From positions 6,327 to 70,326 of the forward strand of contig WQZP01000001.1 of NCBI GenBank assembly GCA_009780675.1: 64,000 nucleotides of DNA. Direction: 5' to 3'. Of this stretch, positions 18,494 through 27,941 are shown one piece after another; position 1 is the first letter of the stretch; each line of letters starts with the position of its first letter. The notes beneath the pieces were generated by a model. The model did no database searches. It was not told the origin of the DNA and was given only the letters and a program-made list of their open reading frames with translations. This DNA is from Spirochaetaceae bacterium (GTDB lineage: Bacteria > Spirochaetota > Spirochaetia > CADAEX01). A program made the translations under genes and the position numbers.

Positions 18494-19657
18494 CTATCTC
18501 CTTACTACTCTGAATCCGATTTTTCTGGTATCTCTATCTTCCGGGAATCTGCTTTCTGGAAATGAACTTTCCCTGTAAGCTAACGAACTTTTTTCTTCAC
18601 TTGTTGCCCAACTGCCGCCTGCAACAGCTCTTTGAATTGCCATTGAGTCAAGAATAAATCTTGTATCAGGCAACCCCGCGCCCCTGTAATCTGTGTGGTC
18701 TTCTTTTGGCAATCTTATTAAAGCAATCCCATCTCTTACCAAAGGCGGGGCGCTTGTATCGCCTCTGTCTTGAGAGATTTCGTTATATATTTCTTCTGCA
18801 ATGCCTGTAATATCCCAGCACCACTCCATTACATTACCTGTCATGTCAAATAATCCCAGAGCATTGGGGTTTTTTCTCCCTACAGGGTGGGGGTTATTTC
18901 CGCTATTTGCAATATGCCATGCATAATCGTTTATGTGATTTAGCCCAGTATCACCTGAAAACTCTCTGTCTTGAGTATTTGTTCCCCCCAAAGCTGCCCA
19001 TAAAAATTCCATCTCTGTGGGTAGCCTGTATCCATTAGCATTCCAGTTGACTTCAATTCTGTTCCATAGGGAAATATGACTATCCTCAATAGTTTTTTCA
19101 GAATCACTATCGGTCATAGAGTGAGTTCCAGGAATAGCGCCCCAATTATCCGGGTTTGTCCCTTTTCCTGGTAAAGTGTATACAGGTGTTAGATTTTCTC
19201 TTATGCTCAATCTGTTACAAAAAACAATTGCTTCAAACCAATTCATCCCTGTTGCAGGAATGCGCTCTATATCTTCTTCGCTGAATATGTCGGAAAGGGA
19301 GTATGGATCATAAGCTTCATTCAGCCAAGGTTTTTCTCCCATTATTTTATAATACTCTGCTCTTGTTATTTCATATTTTCCAATATGAAAAGGCGAAATT
19401 GTCATTTCCCCAAAATCTGCAGCAGGATGAAAAGAGCCTCCTGCTACAAATATTAAATCAGAAACATTATCAGATACATGAGTTTCTTGATTACTGATAT
19501 TTCTGGCTGGTAAAACAGATTCTGTTATACTGCGTTCTCTTCTTTCCCTGTCTTCAAAATTTCCAAAAATACTGCTACCAGAATTATCACAGCCAATTAT
19601 TATAATCCCTATGATTAGTATAAATAACAAATAGAGATATATAGGTTTTACTTTCAA
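18494..19657 (-). CDS. Secreted formylglycine-generating-enzyme (FGE-sulfatase/SUMF1) family protein
   Basis: Signal-anchor N-terminus. GGSFHPAADFGEM, NWFEAIVFCNRLS, GYRLPTEMEFLWAALGG and GNVMEWCWD match the FGE-sulfatase domain. Confidence 0.75.
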   Translation of the reverse strand: MKVKPIYLYLLFILIIGIIIIGCDNSGSSIFGNFEDRERRERSITESVLPARNISNQETHVSDNVSDLIFVAGGSFHPAADFGEMTISPFHIGKYEITRAEYYKIMGEKPWLNEAYDPYSLSDIFSEEDIERIPATGMNWFEAIVFCNRLSIRENLTPVYTLPGKGTNPDNWGAIPGTHSMTDSDSEKTIEDSHISLWNRIEVNWNANGYRLPTEMEFLWAALGGTNTQDREFSGDTGLNHINDYAWHIANSGNNPHPVGRKNPNALGLFDMTGNVMEWCWDITGIAEEIYNEISQDRGDTSAPPLVRDGIALIRLPKEDHTDYRGAGLPDTRFILDSMAIQRAVAGGSWATSEEKSSLAYRESSFPESRFPEDRDTRKIGFRVVRR

Positions 19658-19800
19658 TTTCCGCTCCGAACATAATTTAGAGACATAATAACATAATATT
19701 ACAAGAAAATATTATAAATTTTATGAAATATAAAAATATCTTTTGCCGATATAGTAAATGATACAGTCCTTTATGATAACTGACAATCCAGGAGAAGCAG

Positions 19801-20757
19801 ATGATGGATGAAATAAAAAAAATGGACAAAGATATGAAAATCGGCTGGATTGGTACTGGTGTTATGGGGTTTTGGATGTGCCATCATCTTATTAAAGCAG
19901 GATATAAAACACATATTTATAATAGAACAAAAGAAAAAGCAAATTCTCTTATTGATATGGGCGCTCAGTGGAGCGATTCTCCTGCAGAAGTTGCTGCTAA
20001 TTCAGATATAGTTTTTTCAATAGTAGGTTATCCCAAAGATGTAGAGGAAATTTATTTTGGAGAAAATGGAATCCTTAAAGGGTGCTCTTCCAATAGGGAA
20101 GCGTCCGGCAAATCAAAATATTTGGTAGATATGACTACCACAAAGCCATCACTATCAATAGAAATATATAACAAGGCAAAAGAAATTGGTTGTTATGCTT
20201 TGGATGCGCCTGTTTCCGGAGGAGATGTTGGTGCGCGTGAAGCAGGGCTTACGATTATGGTTGGTGGTGATAAAAATATATATGATTTTTTGATGCCTGT
20301 TTTTTCCCATATTGGAAAAAATATAAAGTATGCTGGAAAAGCAGGTTCTGGTCAGAATACAAAGATGTGTAATCAAATTGCCATAACTGGAGTAATAATA
20401 GGGATGTGTGAATCGCTGCTTTATGGGTATAAAGCAGGGCTTAATCTTGAAGAAATGGTAAATACTATTAAAACAGGAGCTGCTGGCAGTTGGGCGCTGG
20501 AGAATTATGCCCCAAGAATTTTCAAAGAGGATTATGCGCCTGGTTTTATTGTAGAACATTTTATAAAGGATATGGAAATAGCTCTTGAAGAATCAAGAAA
20601 AATGGGGCTTAACTTACCGGGTCTTGTGCTTGTTAATCAGTTATATGTTGTTTTAAAAGCAATGGGATATGGGAAGTCAGGAACACACTCATTAATGTTT
20701 GCGCTTAACCGGCTTTCCAATTCCAACTTTCCGCAGCCAGAACCTATGGTTAAATAA
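19801..20757 (+). CDS. NAD(P)-dependent 3-hydroxyisobutyrate dehydrogenase family oxidoreductase
   Basis: Rossmann motif IGWIGTGVMGFWMCHHL, and VDAPVSGG is the catalytic region of the HIBADH/6PGDH-like family. Confidence 0.75.
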   Translation: MMDEIKKMDKDMKIGWIGTGVMGFWMCHHLIKAGYKTHIYNRTKEKANSLIDMGAQWSDSPAEVAANSDIVFSIVGYPKDVEEIYFGENGILKGCSSNREASGKSKYLVDMTTTKPSLSIEIYNKAKEIGCYALDAPVSGGDVGAREAGLTIMVGGDKNIYDFLMPVFSHIGKNIKYAGKAGSGQNTKMCNQIAITGVIIGMCESLLYGYKAGLNLEEMVNTIKTGAAGSWALENYAPRIFKEDYAPGFIVEHFIKDMEIALEESRKMGLNLPGLVLVNQLYVVLKAMGYGKSGTHSLMFALNRLSNSNFPQPEPMVK

Positions 20758-20778
20758 ATACAGCTATAAATTAATAGC

Positions 20779-21546
20779 TTGGGCGTGTATGTGGTGATAA
20801 AAAAAGATTTAGATAAAATCATAACGTTGCTCGAAAATTCCAAAAAAACAAAACCTGTTGAGTGTCCCTATCTTCCAAGTAAAGTATTTGTCCAGAGATA
20901 CTTTGTCCACAATAGTTTAAGCGAATATGAATTTGAATATTTGCTGTCTCAGGGATGGAGAAAATTTGGTTATTATTTTTTCAAACCCGAATGTCCTGAA
21001 TGTTTTGAGTGTACTCCAATAAGGGTTTTAACAGAGGAGTATTCCCCTGCAAAAAGTCAAAGAAGGGTTTTGGGAAAAAATAATGCTACAGAGATTTATA
21101 TAACGGAAAGCAGTTTTTCCGAAGAGAGGTATGAAATTTTTAAAAAACATTCAGAAATCAGATTTAATCAAAAAGCAACAAAAGAAAATTTTGAATATAA
21201 TTTTTGCATAAGCGCTGTCCCTTCATTTATTATGGAATACAAAATAGAGGAAAAACTTTTTGGTACAGGTTATATTGATAGTTCCTCAAAAGGGTTAAGC
21301 TCTGTATATTTTGCTTTTGACCCTGATTTTAGCTATCTTTCACCTGGAATACTGGGCTGCATTGTTGAGATACATACAGCAAGGAAATTTGGTAAAAAGT
21401 ATTATTATCTTGGTTATTATATTAAAAACAATAAAACTATGGAGTATAAAATAAAGTTTCCCCCTTATGAGCATTATAACTGGCTGGAGAAAAAGTGGGA
21501 AAAACACGCTTTGGATAGGGAGGGGATGCTTCCAAATAAAATCTAA
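20779..21546 (+). CDS. bpt: Arginyl/leucyl-tRNA-protein transferase (Bpt/ATE family)
   Basis: N-terminal Cys-rich ATE_N-like region: GWRKFGYYFFKPECPECFECTPIRV...PAKSQRRVL. The ~250-aa size fits bacterial Bpt. Confidence 0.55.
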   Translation: MGVYVVIKKDLDKIITLLENSKKTKPVECPYLPSKVFVQRYFVHNSLSEYEFEYLLSQGWRKFGYYFFKPECPECFECTPIRVLTEEYSPAKSQRRVLGKNNATEIYITESSFSEERYEIFKKHSEIRFNQKATKENFEYNFCISAVPSFIMEYKIEEKLFGTGYIDSSSKGLSSVYFAFDPDFSYLSPGILGCIVEIHTARKFGKKYYYLGYYIKNNKTMEYKIKFPPYEHYNWLEKKWEKHALDREGMLPNKI

Positions 21547-21734
21547 GCAAAAAAAGTTTGTTATTTTTAAAAAAAAATGCTAATATATCACTGTGAATCT
21601 GGCATTTTTGATGTAAATATGCTCAACAGGCAAGACAATTATGTGGCCGAACATCATTTTAACAATTATTCGTATTGTCTTATAATTAATCCGGCTGAAA
21701 ATGCCGGCTGTCCATGAAAAAGGAGTTTTCTGGA

Positions 21735-23150
21735 ATGAAAAAGATTTTCAAATTATTTGGGATAGCTGTGTGTGTAGCAGTAATCGGACTTCTTGCAGCA
21801 GGTTGTAGCAACAATGTGCTGTCAGACGACATCCCTGATGATCCAGATGACTACCCTACTGCCCCAGAGCACATGCCTGCTGTTATTACAATAACTACAC
21901 AACCAAGTCTAAAAACAAGTGTAGGAGTTGGAGGAAGTGACATTCTGAATGTGGTGGCAAGAATTATAGAGGGTGCGGAGCATAGTTACCAATGGTTCCG
22001 CAACGACGTTAACAGCAATGTTGGTGGTACTGAAATAATCGGAGCAACAAGCGCAAGTTTTACTATACCCACGAATCTCTCTACAGGTATGCATTTTTAT
22101 TTTGTCGAAGTTAGGGCAACCAGCGAGGACGAGGCAGTTTCTTTCCGCTCTAGCGTGGCAAGGGTTGTGGTGGGGACACTGCCTATACTCCCTATAGAGA
22201 TGGTGTTGGTGCATGGTGGTACTTTTATGCTGGGCAGGGAGCTTGGACCTGTTGGCACCGTTACATTTGACATCGTTCGAACTGGCACCGTTGATACAGC
22301 TCATGTGTCTACAGTAACACTAGAAGGTTTTCGCATAGGCAAGTTTCAGGTAACCCAAGCGCAGTTTGAGACAGTGATGACAGGGAATACCAATGGTATC
22401 AATTCCAATCCAATCAATCCAAGACCAAGTTGGTTTTGTTATAGGCATCCATATCTTAGGGACCCCGCTGTATGCGAAATTCCGGACAGGCGGCCTGTTG
22501 AGAGAGTAAGTTGGTATGATGCAATAGTATTTTGTAATAGATTGAGTATTATGGAAGGTCGTAGCCCTGCGTATCGCTTTCCGATTCACTGGCCTGATCC
22601 AAATCCTGATAACCCTGCTCATTGGTCTACTAATCCTGCTGTTTGGGGACCTGTACCCACAACCTGGAAGTCACCAACTGATGATCCAGACGAGGAAAAT
22701 CCATTGAGAGCTAGATGGGATGCTGTTAGGATAGTTCCCGGTGTTAATGGTTTTCGTTTGCCGACCGAAGCGCAGTGGGAATTTGCAGCAAAGGGAGGTA
22801 ATACTACACCCAATAACTTTACATTCTCTGGGAGCAATAATCCTAATGCTGTAGCGTGGCACTGGGGTAACAGCGGAGGCAAAACCCGTGAAGTTGGACG
22901 TTTGGCTTCTAATGGTTTGGGAATATACGATATGAGCGGGAATGTTTGGGAGTGGTGCTGGGACTGGCATGCTGCTTACACAACTGGTGCAAAGACAAAT
23001 CCTGAGGGCCCTCCCTCGGGGACTACTCGCGTGGCACGCGGTGGAAGGTGGAATAGTTCAGCTGCAGGCACGCGTTCTGTTGCTAGATACGGCCTCACTC
23101 CGACCGTTCAGGATAAATTCATTGGTTTTCGCGTTGTTCTTCCCGAATAG
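21735..23150 (+). CDS. Secreted or lipoprotein FGE-sulfatase-family protein with an N-terminal beta-rich domain (alternative upstream ATG at 21714)
   Basis: Signal peptide plus AAGCSNN lipobox. C-terminal FGE motifs: SWYDAIVFCNRLS, GFRLPTEAQWEFAAKGG, GNVWEWCWDW, GFRVV. The gene is visibly GC-richer than its flanks. Confidence 0.75.
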   Translation: MKKIFKLFGIAVCVAVIGLLAAGCSNNVLSDDIPDDPDDYPTAPEHMPAVITITTQPSLKTSVGVGGSDILNVVARIIEGAEHSYQWFRNDVNSNVGGTEIIGATSASFTIPTNLSTGMHFYFVEVRATSEDEAVSFRSSVARVVVGTLPILPIEMVLVHGGTFMLGRELGPVGTVTFDIVRTGTVDTAHVSTVTLEGFRIGKFQVTQAQFETVMTGNTNGINSNPINPRPSWFCYRHPYLRDPAVCEIPDRRPVERVSWYDAIVFCNRLSIMEGRSPAYRFPIHWPDPNPDNPAHWSTNPAVWGPVPTTWKSPTDDPDEENPLRARWDAVRIVPGVNGFRLPTEAQWEFAAKGGNTTPNNFTFSGSNNPNAVAWHWGNSGGKTREVGRLASNGLGIYDMSGNVWEWCWDWHAAYTTGAKTNPEGPPSGTTRVARGGRWNSSAAGTRSVARYGLTPTVQDKFIGFRVVLPE

Positions 23151-23335
23151 GCTTGTGGAGCAAAGGTTAATCTATGCATAAACCTTCGGGCAACATTTTA
23201 TTACCCTTAGTCTGATGCTAATGAACTTTGCTCTTAAACCAGATGTATCCGGGAAGTAAAGTAAATACTGTTTTCTTATAACGCTATAGACAATAGTGGA
23301 ATAGAGTTGTTATATTTACTCAAAAGGAGTCAGAT

Positions 23336-24292
23336 ATGAATCTTCACAAAAGCGAAGCTTATAATAATATAGTTATTGCCGGAGTAGGCGGGGTAGGGGG
23401 CTACTATGGTGGAATGATTGCTTTGAATATTACAAGCAATTACAAAGATAAGAGAAATATTGTTTTTATAGCGCGTGGCGAACATCTTGCAGCGATTCAG
23501 AGAAAGGGCCTTACAATAAAAGCATTTGGCGGAGAGCCAGTAATATGTACACCAAATGTTGCAACACATAAAGTATCTGATCTTAACATGATAAATCTTC
23601 TTATAGTTGCAGTAAAAAGTTACGACCTGCATCTAACACTGAATTCGTTTAAAGATAAAATAATGACTGACACAGTAATAGTGCCTCTTCTTAATGGCGT
23701 GGGCATTGATGAAAGAATAAGAAAAGTAATTACAAAAGGGATAATCCTTCCAAGTTGTACATATCTTTCTTCTAAAATAGAAGAGCCAGGCGTAGTAAAT
23801 ATGATGAGTGATATTGCAAAGATTGTTATAGGGCCAGACCCTCTTAATCCTGGTTATGACAAAGAAGAGATAATAGCTTTTTTCAAAAGTATGGGTATTA
23901 AAATCACTTGGGCAGAAAATCCTCAAGTTGCTATTTGGCAAAAATTTATGTTTATAGCGCCTGCTGCCTTAATAACTGCTGCCAATAATACTACAATAAA
24001 TGGTATTGTTCAAAATGAAGATTATAAAAAAGACTATTGCGATATAATGGCTGAGATAAGAAAAATTGCAGAAAAGAAAAATATAATTCTGCCTGAGGAT
24101 GCAGAGGCTAAATCTTTAAAAATAGCTGAAGAAATCAACAAAAATGCCAGAACATCATTTCAGCTTGATGTTGAAAATAAAAAGCCAAAAACAGAAATAG
24201 ATTTATTCGGCTATGATATAGTAAGAATGGGAAAAGAGACCTCTGTAGATACGCCTGTTACCGAGAAATTGTTATCAAAAATTAAAGTATAA
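23336..24292 (+). CDS. panE: 2-dehydropantoate 2-reductase (ketopantoate reductase, ApbA/PanE family)
   Basis: N-terminal Rossmann IVIAGVGGVGGYYGG and the family-typical length. Confidence 0.75.
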   Translation: MNLHKSEAYNNIVIAGVGGVGGYYGGMIALNITSNYKDKRNIVFIARGEHLAAIQRKGLTIKAFGGEPVICTPNVATHKVSDLNMINLLIVAVKSYDLHLTLNSFKDKIMTDTVIVPLLNGVGIDERIRKVITKGIILPSCTYLSSKIEEPGVVNMMSDIAKIVIGPDPLNPGYDKEEIIAFFKSMGIKITWAENPQVAIWQKFMFIAPAALITAANNTTINGIVQNEDYKKDYCDIMAEIRKIAEKKNIILPEDAEAKSLKIAEEINKNARTSFQLDVENKKPKTEIDLFGYDIVRMGKETSVDTPVTEKLLSKIKV

Positions 24293-24315
24293 TCAACAAT
24301 CTCACCTTGTAGATG

Positions 24316-24340
24316 GCCTGCCAACAGGTGCGTGGCAGGC
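24316..24340. terminator. Hairpin between the convergent genes panE and tatD
   Basis: gcctgcca-acaggtgcg-tggcaggc forms an 8-bp GC-rich stem. Confidence 0.4.
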
Positions 24341-24354
24341 ATAGGGTAGGTATA

Positions 24355-25176
24355 TTACGCAAGCTCGCAGCGGAATAACCGCAAAAAATTATCTTTTATA
24401 TTAATAATAAAACTATTAATATCTTCTCCACGTTGTTCTGCAATAAACTTATAGGTATAACCAATAAATGCAGGATTATTGGGAACAGTTCTTACTTGCT
24501 GCGGCGAAAGATACGGGGAATCTGTTTCCAAAAGGATTGATGAAACAGGAATTTTTTTAGCAGCCTCCTGGATCGCTGTATTTTTTTCATACGTTACGTT
24601 ACCTGCGAAAGATATATAAAATCCCAGGTCAATGCATTTTGAGGCAAAGCTGTAATTCGAAGAAAAACAATGTATTATCCCGCCCCTTGAAGGCGCTTTT
24701 TTCTTTAAACTATTAAGAATTTCTTTATCTGCTTCCCTGTTGTGAACAACTATGGGCAGGTCAAATTTTTGCGCGATTTCAAGCTGTTTTTCAAAAAGGA
24801 AAATTTGCCTTTCCGGTGTTCCATGCTTCCAATGCCAGTCAAGACCTGTTTCTCCTACTGCGATAAGCTTGTTTGTTGCTTTTGCATCAATTATTTGAGT
24901 TTCAAGAACTTCTGTCATTTTTTCAAGTTCTTCGATCTGATTCTCTGCTTTCCCAGGGCTAATACCAGAGGTTATAAAAAGATTTGTATGCTCCAGCGCA
25001 AATTTAAGCCTTGTATCATAATTGAAAATGCCTGTAGATATATCAACTACTGCCTTCATCCCCTGGTCAAAGCAATTTTTAAGCAATTTTGCTGGATCAA
25101 GCCCTTTTTTTATCATTTCGATATAGTGAAAATGAGAATCTATCATTCCGGGCAGCAGTGGTGAATCTTGTATCAT
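24355..25176 (-). CDS. TatD-family metal-dependent hydrolase (DNase)
   Basis: MIDSHFHY at the N-terminus, and the conserved His/Glu/Asp pattern of the TatD family. Confidence 0.8.
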   Translation of the reverse strand: MIQDSPLLPGMIDSHFHYIEMIKKGLDPAKLLKNCFDQGMKAVVDISTGIFNYDTRLKFALEHTNLFITSGISPGKAENQIEELEKMTEVLETQIIDAKATNKLIAVGETGLDWHWKHGTPERQIFLFEKQLEIAQKFDLPIVVHNREADKEILNSLKKKAPSRGGIIHCFSSNYSFASKCIDLGFYISFAGNVTYEKNTAIQEAAKKIPVSSILLETDSPYLSPQQVRTVPNNPAFIGYTYKFIAEQRGEDINSFIINIKDNFLRLFRCELA

Positions 25177-25305
25177 TTGAATCTCTACTATTATTATATA
25201 CCATACTTCGAGGATTTGTTAATTAAATATTTTTTTATAAGCAAGGCTGCGCATTGCTATTATTGTATTTACCTAAATCCAATAATTTAAATATAATAGA
25301 TAATA

Positions 25306-26100
25306 ATGAGCAAAAAAATAAGCAGCGATGAGATGGAAAAAGTAGCTGAAAAAATAAGAAAAAAATATAACGATATTATCGTATCATATATGCTTAGTCC
25401 CCGTATAAAAGAGGGCTTTGATGATAGATATAATGAAATAAAAAAGTATGGGGTTGACCCTCTAAGATTTTTTAATGATGAAATAACTGCTCTAAAAGAT
25501 ATCGAGCAGAAAGAAAAAGAAAAAATAAATAAGGCAGCAAAAAACAAAAATATTGAACATAATGAAAATAACAATAAAGAAACAGACAAAAAAGATTTTG
25601 CAGATAAAGTCATAGAGCAAATATTTAAAAAAATTGAAAAATATCCAACTTTTTTTATTCATCAAAATGCAAATAAAGAAATTGAAAAACTTTTTGGCGC
25701 TCTTATAGATTTTGACAAAAATATGTGGAAAGAATATGAGAATATTGCAAAAAAGTATAGGGTCATTAAGTACGATCTTGCCTATATAAATCTGGAAAAA
25801 ATGCTTAATAATTTTACGAGGATATTTTCCGGAAACGTTACTGTGCGCCTTTTAAACTATAAAAATATGCTGAATTCCCCTTTTTCCAAAACAAACAATA
25901 TTGATAAAGAAGAAAAAAGCTGTATTATGGAATCTGCTTTTCTTATTAAGATGCTTATGGATACAGCAAATGGGCTTATTGATTACCCCCATATTCTTAA
26001 AGAGGAAAAAGAAAAACTTCAAAAACTTATCAATTATCTTGATATAATGCTCGATGATTTTCGCTTAAAAGATCTGCTACTGTTTAGGAATAAAAAATGA
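25306..26100 (+). CDS. Hypothetical Lys/Glu-rich protein
   Basis: Long ORF with coding-like composition. No recognisable motifs. Confidence 0.4.
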   Translation: MSKKISSDEMEKVAEKIRKKYNDIIVSYMLSPRIKEGFDDRYNEIKKYGVDPLRFFNDEITALKDIEQKEKEKINKAAKNKNIEHNENNNKETDKKDFADKVIEQIFKKIEKYPTFFIHQNANKEIEKLFGALIDFDKNMWKEYENIAKKYRVIKYDLAYINLEKMLNNFTRIFSGNVTVRLLNYKNMLNSPFSKTNNIDKEEKSCIMESAFLIKMLMDTANGLIDYPHILKEEKEKLQKLINYLDIMLDDFRLKDLLLFRNKK

Positions 26101-26158
26101 TGCATGTGGGGCTGCCATTACTTATCGGACAGCCCCACATGGTTTCTACAGACCAGTA

Positions 26159-27184
26159 TTATGGGTTATGGACTGCATCACTATTGACTCTGCCAAATGT
26201 GTGCCCGCCTGTAGGTACAATATGCCAGTCATACTTTGTGTTTGTATCATCAGATTTGCTGTTTCTGTTAATCGAACGTGTTGCTGTTGAAAGACTGGGG
26301 TTAATACAATCTTCCGGAGTTATTTGATCTCCCTCGAAAAACCACCCGTTTTTTTCAGCAATACATTCTGCTCTATGGAGCATATTTGTAGACCCAAAGC
26401 CCCTGTAACGTACATCCGAAGAAGAAGTTCTGTTGCTGTATAAAACCGCATCAAGAAGAGTGCCTCCGGGCGATGAAAAAATAGTAATAGCGCCATTGTT
26501 GGTAGATAGCCCTCTGCCACCCCTTACCCAGAAATCTCTTGCATACGGAGTGGCGCCACGCCCTCCAGATACATCTTTTGCCCCTGTTTCATCTATTTCT
26601 TCGGGGATTCCTTGTGGCCTTGTGTGTATCACAATGTATTCTCCTGCAACAACTTCAAATGGAGGAAAAATCAGTTCCTGATCATTTATACACCCACAGC
26701 CTGCATAATATACAACTCCTGCCATGTTCCCCCCTTTAGTTATGAATAACTCAATTTTCTCCTGATGGTTTGTGCTATTAGCTGTAGCAAATTCATTTAT
26801 AAGAATACCCGGTATCCTTGGATTAAATCCAAAAAACGTTTTACTAAAAGAGAGGGAGTTTCCATGACCATCTTTTACCCTCCCTTTTATAAAATACTCT
26901 TTTCCAGGGGACTGCTCTTCTGAAAATCTTACGAATACAGATCTGTCATTCATTTCACAATAGATATCTCCTAAATGTGGGGTTATCTCAAAAGAAGATG
27001 AAGATGCAATAACTTCTTTTGAAAATATGAATTCGATTGTGCTGCTTTCAGTAATTTTAAATCCTATTATTTTGGGAGCAGCCATATTATGGTCCAATTC
27101 TGTTGTTCTTGACTCTACTGGAGCGCAAGAGTATAAAATTAATAAAGAAACAAAAATAACAATACAAAAAACTGTTCTATACAT
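26159..27184 (-). CDS. Secreted protein with a lamin-tail-domain (LTD)-like region
   Basis: Signal peptide. GILINEFATANSTNHQEKIELFITKGG...IFPPFEVVAGEYIVIH resembles the LTD consensus (INE..EfvEL.N.g...). Confidence 0.4.
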   Translation of the reverse strand: MYRTVFCIVIFVSLLILYSCAPVESRTTELDHNMAAPKIIGFKITESSTIEFIFSKEVIASSSSFEITPHLGDIYCEMNDRSVFVRFSEEQSPGKEYFIKGRVKDGHGNSLSFSKTFFGFNPRIPGILINEFATANSTNHQEKIELFITKGGNMAGVVYYAGCGCINDQELIFPPFEVVAGEYIVIHTRPQGIPEEIDETGAKDVSGGRGATPYARDFWVRGGRGLSTNNGAITIFSSPGGTLLDAVLYSNRTSSSDVRYRGFGSTNMLHRAECIAEKNGWFFEGDQITPEDCINPSLSTATRSINRNSKSDDTNTKYDWHIVPTGGHTFGRVNSDAVHNP

Positions 27185-27296
27185 AAATATCTCCTATGAC
27201 GATATTTATGTAACTGTTAATTGTGTAAATTGATTCAATATAAAAGGCTGTTAATATTTTAGACACACTATGAACAGCCAACAGGGGTGAGGTTAT

Positions 27297-27899
27297 ATGT
27301 CAGATATTGCACTTTTTGAGAAATATGGAACAAGTTTTGTTAATAATGAGATTATCTTTAAAGAAGGCGAAGAAGGTAATCAAATGTATATAATACAGGA
27401 AGGATCTGTAAAAATATCAAGAGTTATTGGTACTGTAGAACATACAATCGATATTCTCAAAAAAGGGGATTTTTTTGGGGAAATGGCTATTGTAAGCAGA
27501 ATTAAAAGAACTGCAAATGCAACTGCTATCGGAAATGTGCAGCTTCTTGCATTTAATAGAGAAGGGTTTATTCAAATGATTGAAAAAAATGCAAAGATAG
27601 GTCTCAATATTATTGATAGGCTGTGTAGAAGGCTTGAACATGCCAATACGCAAATAAAAAGGCTTGTTAAAAAAGACATAAAAAGCCTTATTGCAATGAA
27701 CCTCTATTATCTTATTCAGGGAAAAGAAATAGATGTAAATAATCTTCATTATGACAGAACTACACATAACATTGCCCAAAATATGGAATTACCTTTAAAA
27801 TTAGTGCAGGAGAAATTCATAGATTTTGAAAAGGAAGCAGTAATCACCATATCTGATAATAAAATAATTATAAATAATATAGATAAACTAAAAGAATAA
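27297..27899 (+). CDS. Crp/Fnr-family cyclic-nucleotide-binding transcriptional regulator
   Basis: cNMP-binding beta-barrel (GDFFGEMAI...RTANATA) and a C-terminal HTH region. Confidence 0.7.
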   Translation: MSDIALFEKYGTSFVNNEIIFKEGEEGNQMYIIQEGSVKISRVIGTVEHTIDILKKGDFFGEMAIVSRIKRTANATAIGNVQLLAFNREGFIQMIEKNAKIGLNIIDRLCRRLEHANTQIKRLVKKDIKSLIAMNLYYLIQGKEIDVNNLHYDRTTHNIAQNMELPLKLVQEKFIDFEKEAVITISDNKIIINNIDKLKE

Positions 27900-27941
27900 A
27901 TGTAATATCTTTTTGTTAAATCAAAAGAAGAAGGTTGAATA

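Noticed and set aside
22942-23181. 79-aa ORF overlapping the 3' end of the FGE gene
   Set aside because: It overlaps the conserved FGE C-terminal coding region in another frame and is most likely spurious.
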